From the NCBI RefSeq assembly GCF_038025025.1, contig NW_027117339.1, positions 1 to 64,000 of the forward strand: a DNA stretch of 64,000 bases, in the 5' to 3' direction. The notes under the pieces are model-generated. The model saw nothing but the letters and a program-made list of their open reading frames with translations. It searched no databases and was not told the DNA's origin. This DNA is from Phyllosticta citribraziliensis. Its lineage: Eukaryota. A program made the translations under genes and the position numbers. This document shows, in pieces, positions 12,560 to 24,615 of the stretch (its first letter is position 1; the number at the start of each line of letters is the position of its first letter).

Positions 12560-13516
12560 CTACCATGTAAATGAATCGATAGTAAGTTGAGTAAGAGAAC
12601 TCTCTATATCTTGCTCCCGCTCGTATTCAGATCCCCCAAGTTTTGCGACGAAGTCATACCACCAGAATTCTTTTCGACAGACCCTCCGCGCAGTTGTAAA
12701 ATCCCAGAATTCAGGATACCAGCCCGCTGACTCCCAGTCGATGATCCCGGATACTCTGCCTCGATGGACCATGATATTGTGATGTTTCAGGTCACCATGA
12801 GAGAAGACTATCTTGTGAGGAATCGAGCGAAGTGATTTCACCGCGGCCAATCCCGTCTCAAAGTCCTCAACGGAATCGAATGCGCTCTTGGATTTCGGTT
12901 GGAGCAAAAAGTCGATGAACTCGTCCTTGTTTTCACAGGGAGGGATCTGGTGATGTGGGACACGAACGCTTCGAATTCCTGCTCCAGACGGGGAGCAAAT
13001 CCGTGTGCCGCCCCAAGGGTTGTGCCACTTGCGAATCGCGCTGAAAATGGATTTGAGGTCTTCGAGAACTGCCTCACGCTGAACCTGGCTGAGCTTGTCG
13101 TAGACCTGACCGAGCTCCTCTCCAGGCAGGCGTGTCATAAGTATGGAAACAACCGCGTGGGGCGTGTCCGGGTGCTCTCCGTAAGAAATTATTCTGGGGA
13201 CTGGCAATCCGGCCGCTCGAGCCATCTTGGTCGCGAGGACTTCTTCTACCTGGGTTCCATCAGACCACTTCAGCACAAGTCCGAAAGGAAGTTGCATGAT
13301 TTGGTTGTCGACGGGGAGTTCTAGCCATCGACAGTAGTAACGCATGGATAATTCGCTCAGTAGGGTGTGAATCAAGCCGACGAGGAGACGCAGCCATCTT
13401 GGTGTCGGCGTTTGTAGAGACGGAGCCGCATTAGTTATTTTGGAGCTTGTGAGACGATGCGGCCAAGTAAAAGTGGGCAGAAGTATTGAAGGCACGAGTA
13501 AGCGAAGCCAACCCAT
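12560..13516 (-). CDS. Aminoglycoside phosphotransferase / choline kinase-like (APH) protein
   Basis: Brenner-type motif FSHGDLKHHNIMV, metal-binding GIIDWESAGWYPEFWD and GLPVPRII. First ATG at 13516; the frame stays open to a GTG at 13630. Confidence 0.85.
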   Translation of the reverse strand: MGWLRLLVPSILLPTFTWPHRLTSSKITNAAPSLQTPTPRWLRLLVGLIHTLLSELSMRYYCRWLELPVDNQIMQLPFGLVLKWSDGTQVEEVLATKMARAAGLPVPRIISYGEHPDTPHAVVSILMTRLPGEELGQVYDKLSQVQREAVLEDLKSIFSAIRKWHNPWGGTRICSPSGAGIRSVRVPHHQIPPCENKDEFIDFLLQPKSKSAFDSVEDFETGLAAVKSLRSIPHKIVFSHGDLKHHNIMVHRGRVSGIIDWESAGWYPEFWDFTTARRVCRKEFWWYDFVAKLGGSEYEREQDIESSLTQLTIDSFTW

Positions 13517-13875
13517 TTCTTGAACTTCAAGTTTCGTTGTGGGCTGCGGGAGCTTCAATGAATTTTCTTTCAAGGACTTGAGTGTGCGACGAGTGAGTGG
13601 CGGCGCTTGCTGCTCTCGTTGAGAGGTCACAGACAGCGCGTGCAGGTTGAAAGGCTCACCTGATGAGATATGATTCGACCACGCAAGCGCGCGGCAGTTT
13701 CATGCATCGGCGACAGCGATTTGTTCCGCATGCACCCTCTGAGACAGCTGCCAGTGGCATCTCATGACCGCCGCTCGTTTCTTGATTCTTGGTCTCCAGT
13801 GAAGCTCTCCGGGCCTTGAGTTGAAAAATTGTGCGTTTCGAAAGAGCTACTCAAGATCAATCAAATCGTCAAAGC

Positions 13876-14415
13876 ATGTCATCCAGTGAACTCAAGCCGC
13901 AAGGGCTGTACGTGGCTCTCTACATCCGCGATGACCCACCAAAGCCAAACGACTTTCACTGGGCTCTGTACCTCCACGAAAGCGACAGCAAAGGCGGGAC
14001 CAAGTATCATGTCAAAGGTCGACAGGGGAGATGGATGGCTCATCATACGGAGACAAAACGTAGGATTGCTTGATCCAAAGCGTGTATGCGCCGCTGACCT
14101 TTTCTCTTAGGCTTCTTAAAGGAAGCTCTTCTCGTCGGGTTGTTCCAAATCGCAGCGGTCCCGGACGGCCTGCAGGGCAAGGTCGACGAGAATTTCCGCT
14201 TGTTGGACGACAAAGTGAATGAAATCAGCATCACCTGTCGGACGTGGGTTTTTCGCGTCTTGGAAATATTTCGAGGGAGCGCACCATCTCTGATTCAAGA
14301 GGACCTGGGCGCGTTGGAAGCGGAGATCAAGGAATGGGGCAATCAACACGCGCAGTCTGCGTCGATGAATGAGCAACCTCGCCCGATCGGCGTTTCGGAG
14401 AGGTGCAAAGCATGA
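13876..14415 (+). CDS. Small hypothetical protein (~162 aa), possibly permuted papain-like fold; intron 14060-14110
   Basis: A 51-nt intron (GTAGGA..GCTGAC..TAG) joins two ORFs in frame. Motifs FHWALYLH and TCRTWV. Confidence 0.75.
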
Positions 14416-14734
14416 GTCTGCGAGCCTGATACGGATCAAAAGTAGCGTAGTGATAGCTCGCAAAAGTTATTGCGAAGTTTCATGCTCCGCTTTCCGGCTC
14501 GCAAGTCAAACCCTCGACATGCATCCACGGAGGCTTTGTCCCAGACAAGGTGTGGTCGGGAAAATCTCTCTCCATCTAGCTTTAGTCAATGCTCGCGACA
14601 ACCAACCGATTTCACTTGGCCAGGATGTTGATATGATATGATCGACGGGGTTGGGGTCCAACAACTCCCTCTTAACTACCGAGTTTCCATTGAAGTTCTC
14701 ATGCGTTCTCACTTCTCCTGTGCGAATTTACGCC

Positions 14735-16230
14735 ATGGCAAGAAAGACTGTACTTCGTGTCAGCTCCAGCAACCCAGCGAACGAGCCAGGGAGAGAAGAT
14801 TTCCCGCTTAGCGACTTTGACCACACCCTGCCAAAAATCTACACTCAAGTCACGTTGACTTTCAAGCTCGAGGACGATGTCGACCGTCAGGCTGTCATCG
14901 AAAACTTGATTGTTGGACTGCAGCGAACGCTGAGCCAATATCGATCTCTCAGGGGAACGCTCCAAACCGACGTGGCGACCGGAAAGCTTTGGATTCGGAA
15001 GGAAAAGCACAGCACTGTTGAGTTCATTGTGAATTGGATGGAGGGAACTGAAGACGACTTCCCATCGTTTGAGGCTCTCGAAAATAAGGACTTTCCTGCA
15101 GCCATGTTGGACGGAGACTCTCTTCTCCCGCTGCATGTGACTCACAAGGCGCCTCTTACTCCTCTCGGCGAAAGCGGCGATGACAACAACCCGATTCTTG
15201 TTGTCCAAGCCAACATCATTCGTGGTGGTTTAATTCTCGCTGTCGCTGTCCACCACAGCTGCTCCGATGGTTGCGTCGCTCCTCTAGTCAAGCCGATATT
15301 CATCGCTGACACTGTCCAGGGCCTGGTATGAATGGATTCCTCTCTCAGTGGGCCGAGAACACTCGCTGCGTCTTGACAGGCGCGACGCCGACGCCATTCG
15401 ACCCGGTTGTGCTGGACCGTTCCCCCTTGACCTCGAAGGACAGTGCGAGAAAGTCCGTTGTCAACGACGTCAACGAAGCTCCCTTCTCCTTTACCGTGGC
15501 CAAGACGCCACCGGCTCCACCACAAGACTTCAAGATGCCGCGTCTCTCCCAGGTGATGCTCCACTTTCCCGCCGATAGGCTTGCGCGACTAAGGGAAGAT
15601 GCAAACCCACCCGGACAGTCGGGCGCCTCGAGCTACGACGCCATTGTTGCGATCTTGTGGCGATGTATGACGCGGGCCAGGGTGCCGCTTTTGAGGCCAG
15701 AGCGCTCAGCCGAATCGCGTCTTCTGCACGCTGTTGGGCTGCGCCAGTTCATGAAGCCTCCGCTACCAGCCCGGTTTCTTGGAAACGCTCTGGCGCTGCC
15801 GACGCCCTCGATGGAAATTGGGACGCTGCTTGACGACGGAGCACTGCCTCAAATCGCATCCGTCATACGCGCTTCGATCCAGGAGGCCACATCAAAAGAT
15901 TCGATCAAAAAGACTGCCGATTGGATTGCAAGCGTTCCAAACAAGTCGTGCATCACCTTGACCACAAAAAACTTCCTGGGGCTCGACATTGCCGGCGCAA
16001 GTTGGCGGCGGATGACGCCATATCAAGAGCATGATTTTGGATTTGGGTTTCCGAAGGCTCTGCGCTGGCCGAAGCCCATGGTCGATGGTTACTTCTTTAT
16101 TTATCCGCATCGCCCGAAAGATGACCCCCGAGAAGGTGTCGAGTTGAATGTTTGTTTGGAGGCAAGCTGCATGAAAAGACTGTTGGCAGACGAGGAGCTG
16201 GCTCAGTATGCTCATCCTCGGGGTATCTGA
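14735..16230 (+). CDS. BAHD/Tri101-type CoA-dependent O-acyltransferase (Transferase family); intron 15270-15319
   Basis: Catalytic HxxxDG (HHSCSDG-PG after splicing), C-terminal DFGFG, LSDFDHTLPKIY and QANIIRGGLIL. 50-nt intron with a GCTGAC branch site. Confidence 0.88.
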
Positions 16231-16582
16231 GGTTGGCGACGGGAAATTAGGTGGCATTCGGCCCAAGACTTGCTTTGGCCGCTTGGCAATTGTTTGCTAA
16301 TGGCGAGAGGTATGTAGTGGAAACAATCATTGGTGGCGAGTCGTTGTGCGGTGCAGGAAGTCAAGCAACGTTTGAGTCTTCAATTTGGTTGTTGCAGCTG
16401 CCGCACCCGATAGCACTGGTCGTGGGTGGCCGAGCGGGAGTTTGAAGGGACTGAGTCTTGATGTTCTCTCTTCGTAATTCGTCTATTTACTGCGGATGCT
16501 CCTTCATTTCTGCTTAGCCTCGGGTATCTCCATTTTCCGCAAAACCAGCGCCGTGATGAGAGACGATGGTCACCTAGTGTGC

Positions 16583-17724
16583 CTATTGAGGCGGCTGGTA
16601 GGGCTTGACAAGCATTTCGCTGAATCTGCTCTGGAGTTAGCACTTGAGCCAAACATCGAGTCTTTTGAAACTGTGCACTTACTTCTCCAGTTTCTCCTTG
16701 CCTCGAACCTCCTCGACCAGCAGCGGCATCCTGACGACGTTGAAGTCCTCGTACAAGTCCTCGATCTGATCCAAGTACTTCTTTTGCATCTTCCTCCTCG
16801 CGCCGCACTGCTCGCAGCTGCTGTCCTCCTTCGGGAACAGCAACTGGTTGACGACAATCGAGTGGGTATCAATGTTGTAGCTCGAAAGCTCTTGAATCAT
16901 GCGCTCCGTCTCGTACAGGCTGAGGAATTCGGCAATGCACACACAGACAAAGGTTGTCAGGTCCGCGTTCTTGAACTGTTGGTTCACCTCGGCAATGGTC
17001 TCGCGCAAGCTCTCCATTTTGGACATGAGTTCCTCGAGAGACTGGCCACCGGGAAGTCCACCCCGCGCGCCCAGCATGGAGCTCAGCATTGGGCCGAATT
17101 GTGACGAGAGTTGTGACATTTTGGCCAGGGCCTTTTCCATGACGGTGGGGAATTGAAGGAAACGAAGGGTGTGGCCAGTCGGTGCCGTATCGAAAATGAT
17201 GACCTCGTAGGAGAGCGACTTGACTTGCTTGAGCACTTCGGCAAAGGACATGGCCTCGTCAACTCCGGGAATCTACACCAGATCGCGCTGTCAGCCACAC
17301 TAATTTCTGCTAATGCGCAAAAGATCACACTCACGCTGAATGCCAAATCCTGCATCGCACCACCCAAAGGACCGCCGCCCATCCCTCCTTCGCCTCCCTC
17401 TCCACTTGCCAGCAGGTCTTGAATACTTCCATTGGGGTCAATCTCCATGGCGCTCAAGTTGTCAAAGCCGTCGACCTTGCGCGCATCTTTACCAAACTTT
17501 TGGTTGAAGGCGTCGCTCAGGTTGTGGGCCGGATCCGTGGAGATGAGCAAGACGGACTTGCGGTGCTTCGCGAGCTGGATGGCCAGGCTGCAGGATGTTG
17601 TGGTCTTGCCTACGCCGCCCTTTCCGCCGACAAAGATCCAACGCAACGTCTTTTGCGCAAGGATGGTGTTGAGCGTGGGGTCCATAGGCGCGTCATCGTC
17701 GGCGTGTATCACAGCGGAGGACAT
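16583..17724 (-). CDS. GET3: ATPase GET3 (ArsA/ASNA1 family), tail-anchored protein targeting; introns 17273-17334 and 16626-16682
   Basis: [34 protein letters not shown] and CxxC (CEQC). Canonical GTGAGT and GTAAGT introns; ends [14 protein letters not shown]. Confidence 0.96.
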
Positions 17725-18607
17725 GTTGGGCGAAAGGTAGCTGGCTCTATGCGGGGGGAGAGCGGTGGTCTGGTTGCGCGGAGTGGACGTGTGCTTGCAG
17801 AGGTCGTCGGCGCTCGGAGCGAGTCGTGTAGGAAGAGGAGAGCTGAGGGGCTGGTTTGTTGAGAAGAAGTCTGCCTCTGGCCGTAGAAGTTTCCAGGTGT
17901 TGGATCTGGGAGCTTGGTTCTAGCGTCACTCACACCCAGCCACGGCAGGACGGCCCACCCGCGTCAGAGCGCATCCGATGCCCGTGCCGATGTGCTGCCG
18001 CCAGGGTTCCCGTCTCGGCCTCGGCCCGCCCGCTCAAGGAAGTCAACACCAAGGATCAGTGCACCTTGAAGCTGTTGGTCAGCGACACCGATATGTCTTC
18101 TGGGCATTCAAGCCTCCGTCCCTGTTCTCAGACTGCAGGTTCGGGAGCACTGTCTTTGCAAGTGGCCAAATTTTCAGTACTGAAGCTGGTCTTGAGTCGA
18201 TTTGGTCCCGGGGGAGGACTTGCAGTGAAACAAGAAAGCCATTGCGATTGATGTCTTCGCCGTAGCCTGCGTCTTGTCCGTCCACCCTGTTCTTCCATCT
18301 CTCGGCAGTGCGTGAATGGTGTCGTTGGAGAGCTCCGACATGCATCGAGGCCATCGCAGAAGCCCGCCAATGAGCACGGGTACAGCGCTGATGACCCGAT
18401 GCAAGCCGCCGCCCGCAGCTCATGGTGTCAACACCAACAATGCCCCGCCTCTCTTCCCGACTCCCCCACCATACCTTTTCCTCCCTCCTTCGTTCCACAC
18501 GCTCCAGCCTGCCCAGGAGCTGTACTTCGAAGAGACTTTTCAATTCCACCTCGTACCTGTGCAACACCAAACCCGCTTGGCCGTATCTCTACAGCCCGTA
18601 CAAAAGT

Positions 18608-20099
18608 ATGGCGCCGCAACTTGATCCCTACTTCAAGCAGGTCGACAACCTGTCTGAGGCTTTCATCGACCGCCTCCGCAAGGCTGTCGCCATTCCCTCC
18701 GTCTCCGCAGACGAGGAGCGTAGGCCAGATGTCGTCAAGGTTCATTCTGCCCGCCGTCACGTCAACATCACACGAGCGCTCACATTACTTCCAGATGGGC
18801 GAGTTCCTCGCCAACGAGCTCAAGACCCTAGGCGCAGAAGTGCAGCTGCGCCCACTCGGAAAGCAGCCACACAAGGAGCACCTCGAGCTGCCGCCTGTCG
18901 TCATCGCGCGCTACGGCAACGACAAGAACAAGCGCACCATCCTCGTCTACGGCCACTATGACGTACAACCGGCGCTGAAGGAGGACGGCTGGGCCACGGA
19001 GCCGTTTACGCTCACCGTCGACGACAAGGGCCGCATGTACGGACGCGGCTCGACCGACGACAAGGGCCCCGTCCTGGGCTGGGTCAACGCCATCGAGGCA
19101 CACCAAAAGGCGGGCGTCGACTTCCCCGTCAACCTGCTCATGTGCTTCGAGGGCATGGAGGAATACGGCAGCGAGGGCCTGGACGACTTCATCCACGCCG
19201 AGGCCGACAAGTTCTTTGCTGACGCTGATGCCGTCTGCATCTCGGATAACTACTGGCTGGGCACGGAGAAGCCGTGCCTGACGTACGGCCTGCGCGGCTG
19301 CAACTACTACAGCATCGAGATCTCCGGGCCGGCGCAGGACCTGCACTCGGGAGTGTTTGGCGGCACGGCCCACGAGCCCATGACGGACCTGTTCAAGGTC
19401 ATGGCCAGCCTCGTCAACCCGGACGGCAAGATTCTGATTGACGGACTGGACAAGCTCGTCGCGCCGCTGACGGACGAGGAGAAGTCGCTGTACGGCGACA
19501 TTGCCTTTACCATGGACAACCTGTACGAGTCGCTGGGCAGCAAGACGGGCATCTACTCGGACAAGGAGCGCACGCTGATGGCGCGCTGGCGTTTCCCTTC
19601 GCTCTCGCTGCACGGCGTCGAGGGCGCGTTCTCCGCCCCAGGCGCAAAGACGGTCATCCCCGCCAAAGTCATTGGCAAGTTCAGCATCCGCACGGTGCCC
19701 GACATGGAGATCGACGCCGTGAACGCGCTGGTCGAGGCGCACGTCAACAAGGCCTTCGCGGCGCTGGGCTCCAAGAACACGTGCAAGCTGATCAACCAGC
19801 ACAGCGGCAAGTGGTGGGTGGCCAGCCCCAAGCACTGGAACTTCACGGCCGCGGCCAAGGCCGTCGAGCGCGTCTGGAGCGTCAAGCCCGACCTCACCCG
19901 CGAGGGCGGCAGCATCCCCGTCACCCTGACGTTCGAGCAGGCCACGGGCAAGAACGTGCTCCTCCTGCCCATGGGCAGCAGCACCGACGCCGCCCACAGC
20001 ATCAACGAGAAGCTGGACCGTAGAAATTACATCGAGGGCATCAAGCTGCTCGGCGCCTACCTGCACTATGTGGCTGAGGAGCCCATGACGGAGGCGTAG
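18608..20099 (+). CDS. DUG1: Cys-Gly metallodipeptidase / glutamate carboxypeptidase-like protein (peptidase M20); intron 18740-18794
   Basis: YGHYDVQPA, GRGSTDDKGP, EGMEEYGS, DLHSG, AHSINEK. A 55-nt intron restores the frame. In-frame upstream ATGs at 18422 and 18440. Confidence 0.93.
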
Positions 20100-21002
20100 A
20101 GGCGACGGGGGAGGAGGAGAGAGAGCGGGGGCCACGGCGCAGATGACGTGACATGAGCTTCGTTTTTCACCACCTGTGTATGGATGCCGTCGGACCAAGT
20201 GATATCAAAATGTAGGCCAGGCTATAGCTAGGTGCCATCGTCAACGAACAGTTTACGTATCGATCAAATAGACTTCCGTTGACGTCCAACTTGTGCCCCT
20301 GAGTCTAGGTCCAACGTGCGGGTTTCCCGCGTGGAATCGCCCGGCGTGCTCAAGAAGGAATTCATGCATTCAGGATGTTTGAGTTGTTTGGATTTTTGTA
20401 AAATGTGGAAATGGCCCTTCCCGTCCCAGGACTTCTCGTCCGCTATATCATACAAAGGAAACCAGAGCGTCATAAGACCTCCCCCTCAGATCTACTCCGT
20501 TCGCCCTTTTCGCAATCCGTCCTATACAGAGCAAGGTCCCCACATCCTCAGCCGCCGTTCTCTCTTCCTCTTTCTATCTCAACAGATGAAGGATGGGCGA
20601 AGGGCGGGCAGTGCTCGGGCACTTAGATTGGTACAACCGTGTGGTCAATCGATCCATGTCTTGTCCTGCCGTGCCATTGGCATATCCTTGGTGCCTCTAG
20701 CTCTTATCTCTTCGTAGTCTTTATTTTCGGTTCTTTTGTCGTGGATGGGCCGGCAGCCATAGATGGTGAGCTGCCAAATGCGATGCCAACGCCGGTGAAT
20801 GTGCTTGCAGCCACCTGGCCCGACTTTCCCTCAGTCAGCCAGGCGTGAATTCCGCTCCTCAGCGACCTCCTTCCTCTCCATTTGTCCCGTTCATGCCATC
20901 TCACGATGCCGTCCCACGTTCCCAAACCCAGGAGACCCAAGCTCCTCAAGCCGCACGTCGCCGCGAGCCAGAGCCAGCAAGCAGCGCCACAAGAATGCCA
21001 GC

Positions 21003-21857
21003 CTACGCACCTCGTCCCCACATCTCCTTCCTGCGCTTGCGATCCTCGCGCGCGGCGCGCCTCCTGGGGCCCCAGCGCTTCTTCAGCTCCTCGACCTCGT
21101 CGGCCTTGCGCTGGGCGTGCTCGGGCGCGGGCGCCACGAGACCGACAAAGAACGGCGAGCACTCAAACTTGTCGGCCAGCTTCTGCCTCGACCACGTCAC
21201 GGGGTCGGATGCGCGTAGCCGCCGGATCTCGGCCACGTCGGTCTCTGTCAGGTGGTACTTCTTCTCGTATGGTTGGCGCAGCGGCGGGGGCAGCTTTTGG
21301 GCGGGATTGCTGCTGGACGGGTTGGATGAGGATGAGGACGAGGACAAGATGTTGCCGTAGGATGAGGCGAGGCTGTTGAGCGTGGCGTTGTACCCTGAAG
21401 GCGCGGACAGCTGGGTGCCGGTGCGCGTGACGGGGCTCGCGCCCTGGGCGACGCACTGGGCGGCGGCGGCGCGGGCCTGCAATGCGGCCAGCTGGCGGCG
21501 GCGGTCGTTGGCCGGCAGAAACTTGAGCGGCGTGTGGTAGACGTTTGGCGCCGACGATGGCGGGTTGTAGATGATGGTGTCGGCGGCCACGCTCTGGTGC
21601 GGCGTGAAGATGGGAGCCGACGGCACCGACTTGAGAAACTTGTTGTGCCGCCGCGTCGTCGCTGCGTAGCGGCGCTGCGTCAGAGGAGGAGTAATGGTCG
21701 ATGCAGCGTGTGATGTGCTGCCGGACGAGGATGTGTTTTTGGTGGCGGCGCTGGTGATGGCCCCCGCTGCGGGTGTCGTGGCGTTGGTGCTGCGGAGGCA
21801 ACTGTTGAAGGACGAGGACAGCGGCCTCAATGGCCGTGAGAGGATCGTGTTGCTCAT
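21003..21857 (-). CDS. MRPL20: Mitochondrial ribosomal protein mL58 (MRP-L20)
   Basis: IIYNPPSSAPNVYHTPLKFLP, KKYHLTETDVAEIRRLR..WSRQKLADKF, RWGPRRRAARE. Arg/Ser-rich presequence from ATG 21857. Confidence 0.88.
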   Translation of the reverse strand: MSNTILSRPLRPLSSSFNSCLRSTNATTPAAGAITSAATKNTSSSGSTSHAASTITPPLTQRRYAATTRRHNKFLKSVPSAPIFTPHQSVAADTIIYNPPSSAPNVYHTPLKFLPANDRRRQLAALQARAAAAQCVAQGASPVTRTGTQLSAPSGYNATLNSLASSYGNILSSSSSSSNPSSSNPAQKLPPPLRQPYEKKYHLTETDVAEIRRLRASDPVTWSRQKLADKFECSPFFVGLVAPAPEHAQRKADEVEELKKRWGPRRRAAREDRKRRKEMWGRGA

Positions 21858-22504
21858 TGTGGAGGCAGGCGGGCGTGTGGATGGAGAGGATTGGCGTCGG
21901 GTGGTGGCAGCTGTCAATTGATGGTCGAGGTAGAAAGTTTCCAGGACGTGCTTTTCTGCGCTTGTGGCTTTCGCCGTCCGCCCGACTGGCACACGACACC
22001 TTCCAGGGTAAAGGCCCGATGCACGGCCGACCTCTCACACCTCATCCCATCGACACCATTTTCCACCGTCGTCGACGCCATCACGCACCCAAAGCATTTC
22101 GTCGTTGAATTTATGGGCAGTGGTAGTAAGAGCACGGCCATCCAAGGCCCGCATGCTCCCCATATCGCTCGTAGCTATTATTGCCGAGACATCTTCCACG
22201 TCGGTGAACACATCATGGAATTGAAATCGATCCAGTCCCGTCGTAGGCTTTCTGGCTGAGGACAAAAACTATCGCAAGGAGCATCGCCAGACGGACAACT
22301 ACCACTGGATTCAAGCCCTGGTCGAAGCAAGTAGTCCCATTTCAATGCTCATTAGTGAGATCCCACCCAAGCTCAAAGTACCTATTACGAAAGCCCTCCA
22401 GCAAAGAGTTCTGACCCATCAGCAAGCCCCAAAAGGTCGGCGACCTGCCAGGGCGAATCAGAGGCTCATGCCGTACAACAAAGAAAATAGAGGCGACGAG
22501 AAGC

Positions 22505-23993
22505 TCATTCGAGGCTTGCTGACTCCACCTGGGACGCCATCGACATGATGAGGTCATTCAGCCGAGCCCTGTTCTCCCGCTCCTGTTCCATCAGCAGCAA
22601 GATACGACGCTCCTGCTCCATCTTCTCGCGCGTCAGCTTCTCCCTCTCGCCCACCAGCTCCTTCTTATCGTCCTCCAGCTTCTTCTTGTCACCCTTCAAC
22701 TTTTCAAATTCATCCTCCCGCTCCGCATTGCCGTCCTTCAATTCCTTGACTTGAGCCTCGTGCTGAACCGTCAACTTCTTGATCTTGTCCTTCTCCGCCC
22801 AGACGTTCCACTTCTCCCACTTGACGTTGTTCTTCTCCTTGTCTAGCTCCTTGCGCAGCTTCTGGACCTCGTCGCAGGCACCGCCGCAGCTATGGCCTGG
22901 CCGACGAACGTTGCCGGGGCCAATCTTGCTGGCGAAACCGAGGCCGTGTTGGACACCGGACTGCCAGACGTAGCGCGTGAGGTCGATGCATGCTTCGTTG
23001 GTGCCAGCAATGTAGCCTTCGTAGTCGAAGATTTGAAGACCTTCCATGGCTGACATGCGAAGTTGTTCGACGAATATGTCGTGAGGGTCTACGTACTGCG
23101 TGCAGTCTTCGAAGGCAGTAAGGGCCGTGCTGACCCCTTCAATGGCAGAGTCTGTCTGAGCAGGTGGAGTTGCAGGGCCGGAAGGGATGCGGTCCTTTTC
23201 AAGTTCGGTGGTGGTCGCAAGCGACAACGACTCGGCCTGCTGATGTTCGGGATCCACGCAGCTATTCAAATGATCAGCCTGGGAGGAAAGAAAGAGAATG
23301 GAAGGCATCGCACTTCTTGTCCTCTTGCTCCTGCTCGGTAGAGCTCAAGCCGGGATAGCTGGAGACGCGGTGGTTGGCCAAATACTGGCGGTCTGGATTG
23401 GAAGGCTGAGTGTCGCCCGTGCCAGGTGAAGAAGCGGAATCCTTGGGTGCGTGGATCGAGGAAAAGAGAAAAGTGGGCTTGAAAGTTCCAAAGTCGGGTT
23501 CAAAAACAGCAGCTTCAGGGTTTCCCAGACTAGGCTTGACAGCGGACGTTGTGGGTGAAGAAGAGTGAGGGCCACGAGCGCCAAGGTCGTCCATTTTGTT
23601 GCCTGCACCCGCTCCATTGGTCTTGGATGCACGACCCGGAACCTTCTCAGACTCAACCGTGTTGGGCGGAGCCGGCGGGACAGAGCCATCCACATGCTCA
23701 AGGTGCTGAGCGCCAGGCGGACCATGCAGCTGTGTTCCGGAACGCTCGTCCGGCGCGACATCACTGGGGACATCACTCTCGACTTCAATCTGGATACGCA
23801 GGCCGTACTTGCCGAGCTCAAACGGCTCAATCTCACGTCCCTCATGGTCGACGATGCAATACCTCCTGGGTCGCGTCGCAGCCGTGCTGGTGCTGTGACT
23901 GGATCCAGGACGAGAGTCGCTCATGAATGAGGCGTGATGAGATGGACCAGGAAGCGAAGCCATTGAGGCCGTCTGCACAGCCTTGTCAGTCAT
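22505..23993 (-). CDS. Hypothetical protein, disordered N-terminus and C-terminal coiled coil; intron 23262-23313
   Basis: A 52-nt intron (GTGCGA..GCTGAT..TAG) joins ORFs 23274-23993 and 22505-23308 in frame. E/K/L heptad-rich C-terminus. Confidence 0.7.
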
Positions 23994-24615
23994 TGAATTG
24001 AAGGATGAGGGCCTTGGTGGGCGCGCCGCGCTCGCCGTTCACCGTACCTTTCCAAATTCCAGAGTCATCTCGGCGGAGGCAAAAGAAAACGTTGATTTGA
24101 GCGATGCGACAATACAGCACCCCTGCTGATAGCTTGCGACGGCTGGGGGTTGGTCTTGATGGATGATGAAAGAGTTGGGTTGGGAGACCTGGGGTCGATC
24201 GTGGGATGTTGCCTCCAGTGGTCCCGAGACGAAAACCACGACGACGCAGCAACACAACACATCTCGACGATAGCGAAATGTCCAAGAGCTTTCGAAGACC
24301 TACGTCTCGAGCATTCTTATCCGTAGCATGGAAAGGGCAAGCTGTGGGTCGACTTCGACATCAAGCCTCAAAGAAACCATCTTCGGACGCAAGGTATTTT
24401 TTCCGAAGTTGCTTCTGTTCATTCATGTCTAGGCTATCTCAATGCAAAGCTACCCGTCTTGTAGCTGGTTCTTCCATGTCGTTCCATTCATGTTCCATTC
24501 ATTCAGCATGCCGTGCGCCGTACAGTCTTCTCATGTTCTCCGAAAAAGCAAATCAGCCTCGAATCATTGCACAACTCTCATCTCCGCTCCCGCCCGGGCT
24601 GCACCACATCAGAAT

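Noticed and set aside
18828..20198. 456-aa antisense ORF over DUG1
   Set aside because: Shadow of strong GC3 codon bias on the opposite strand; no domain motifs.
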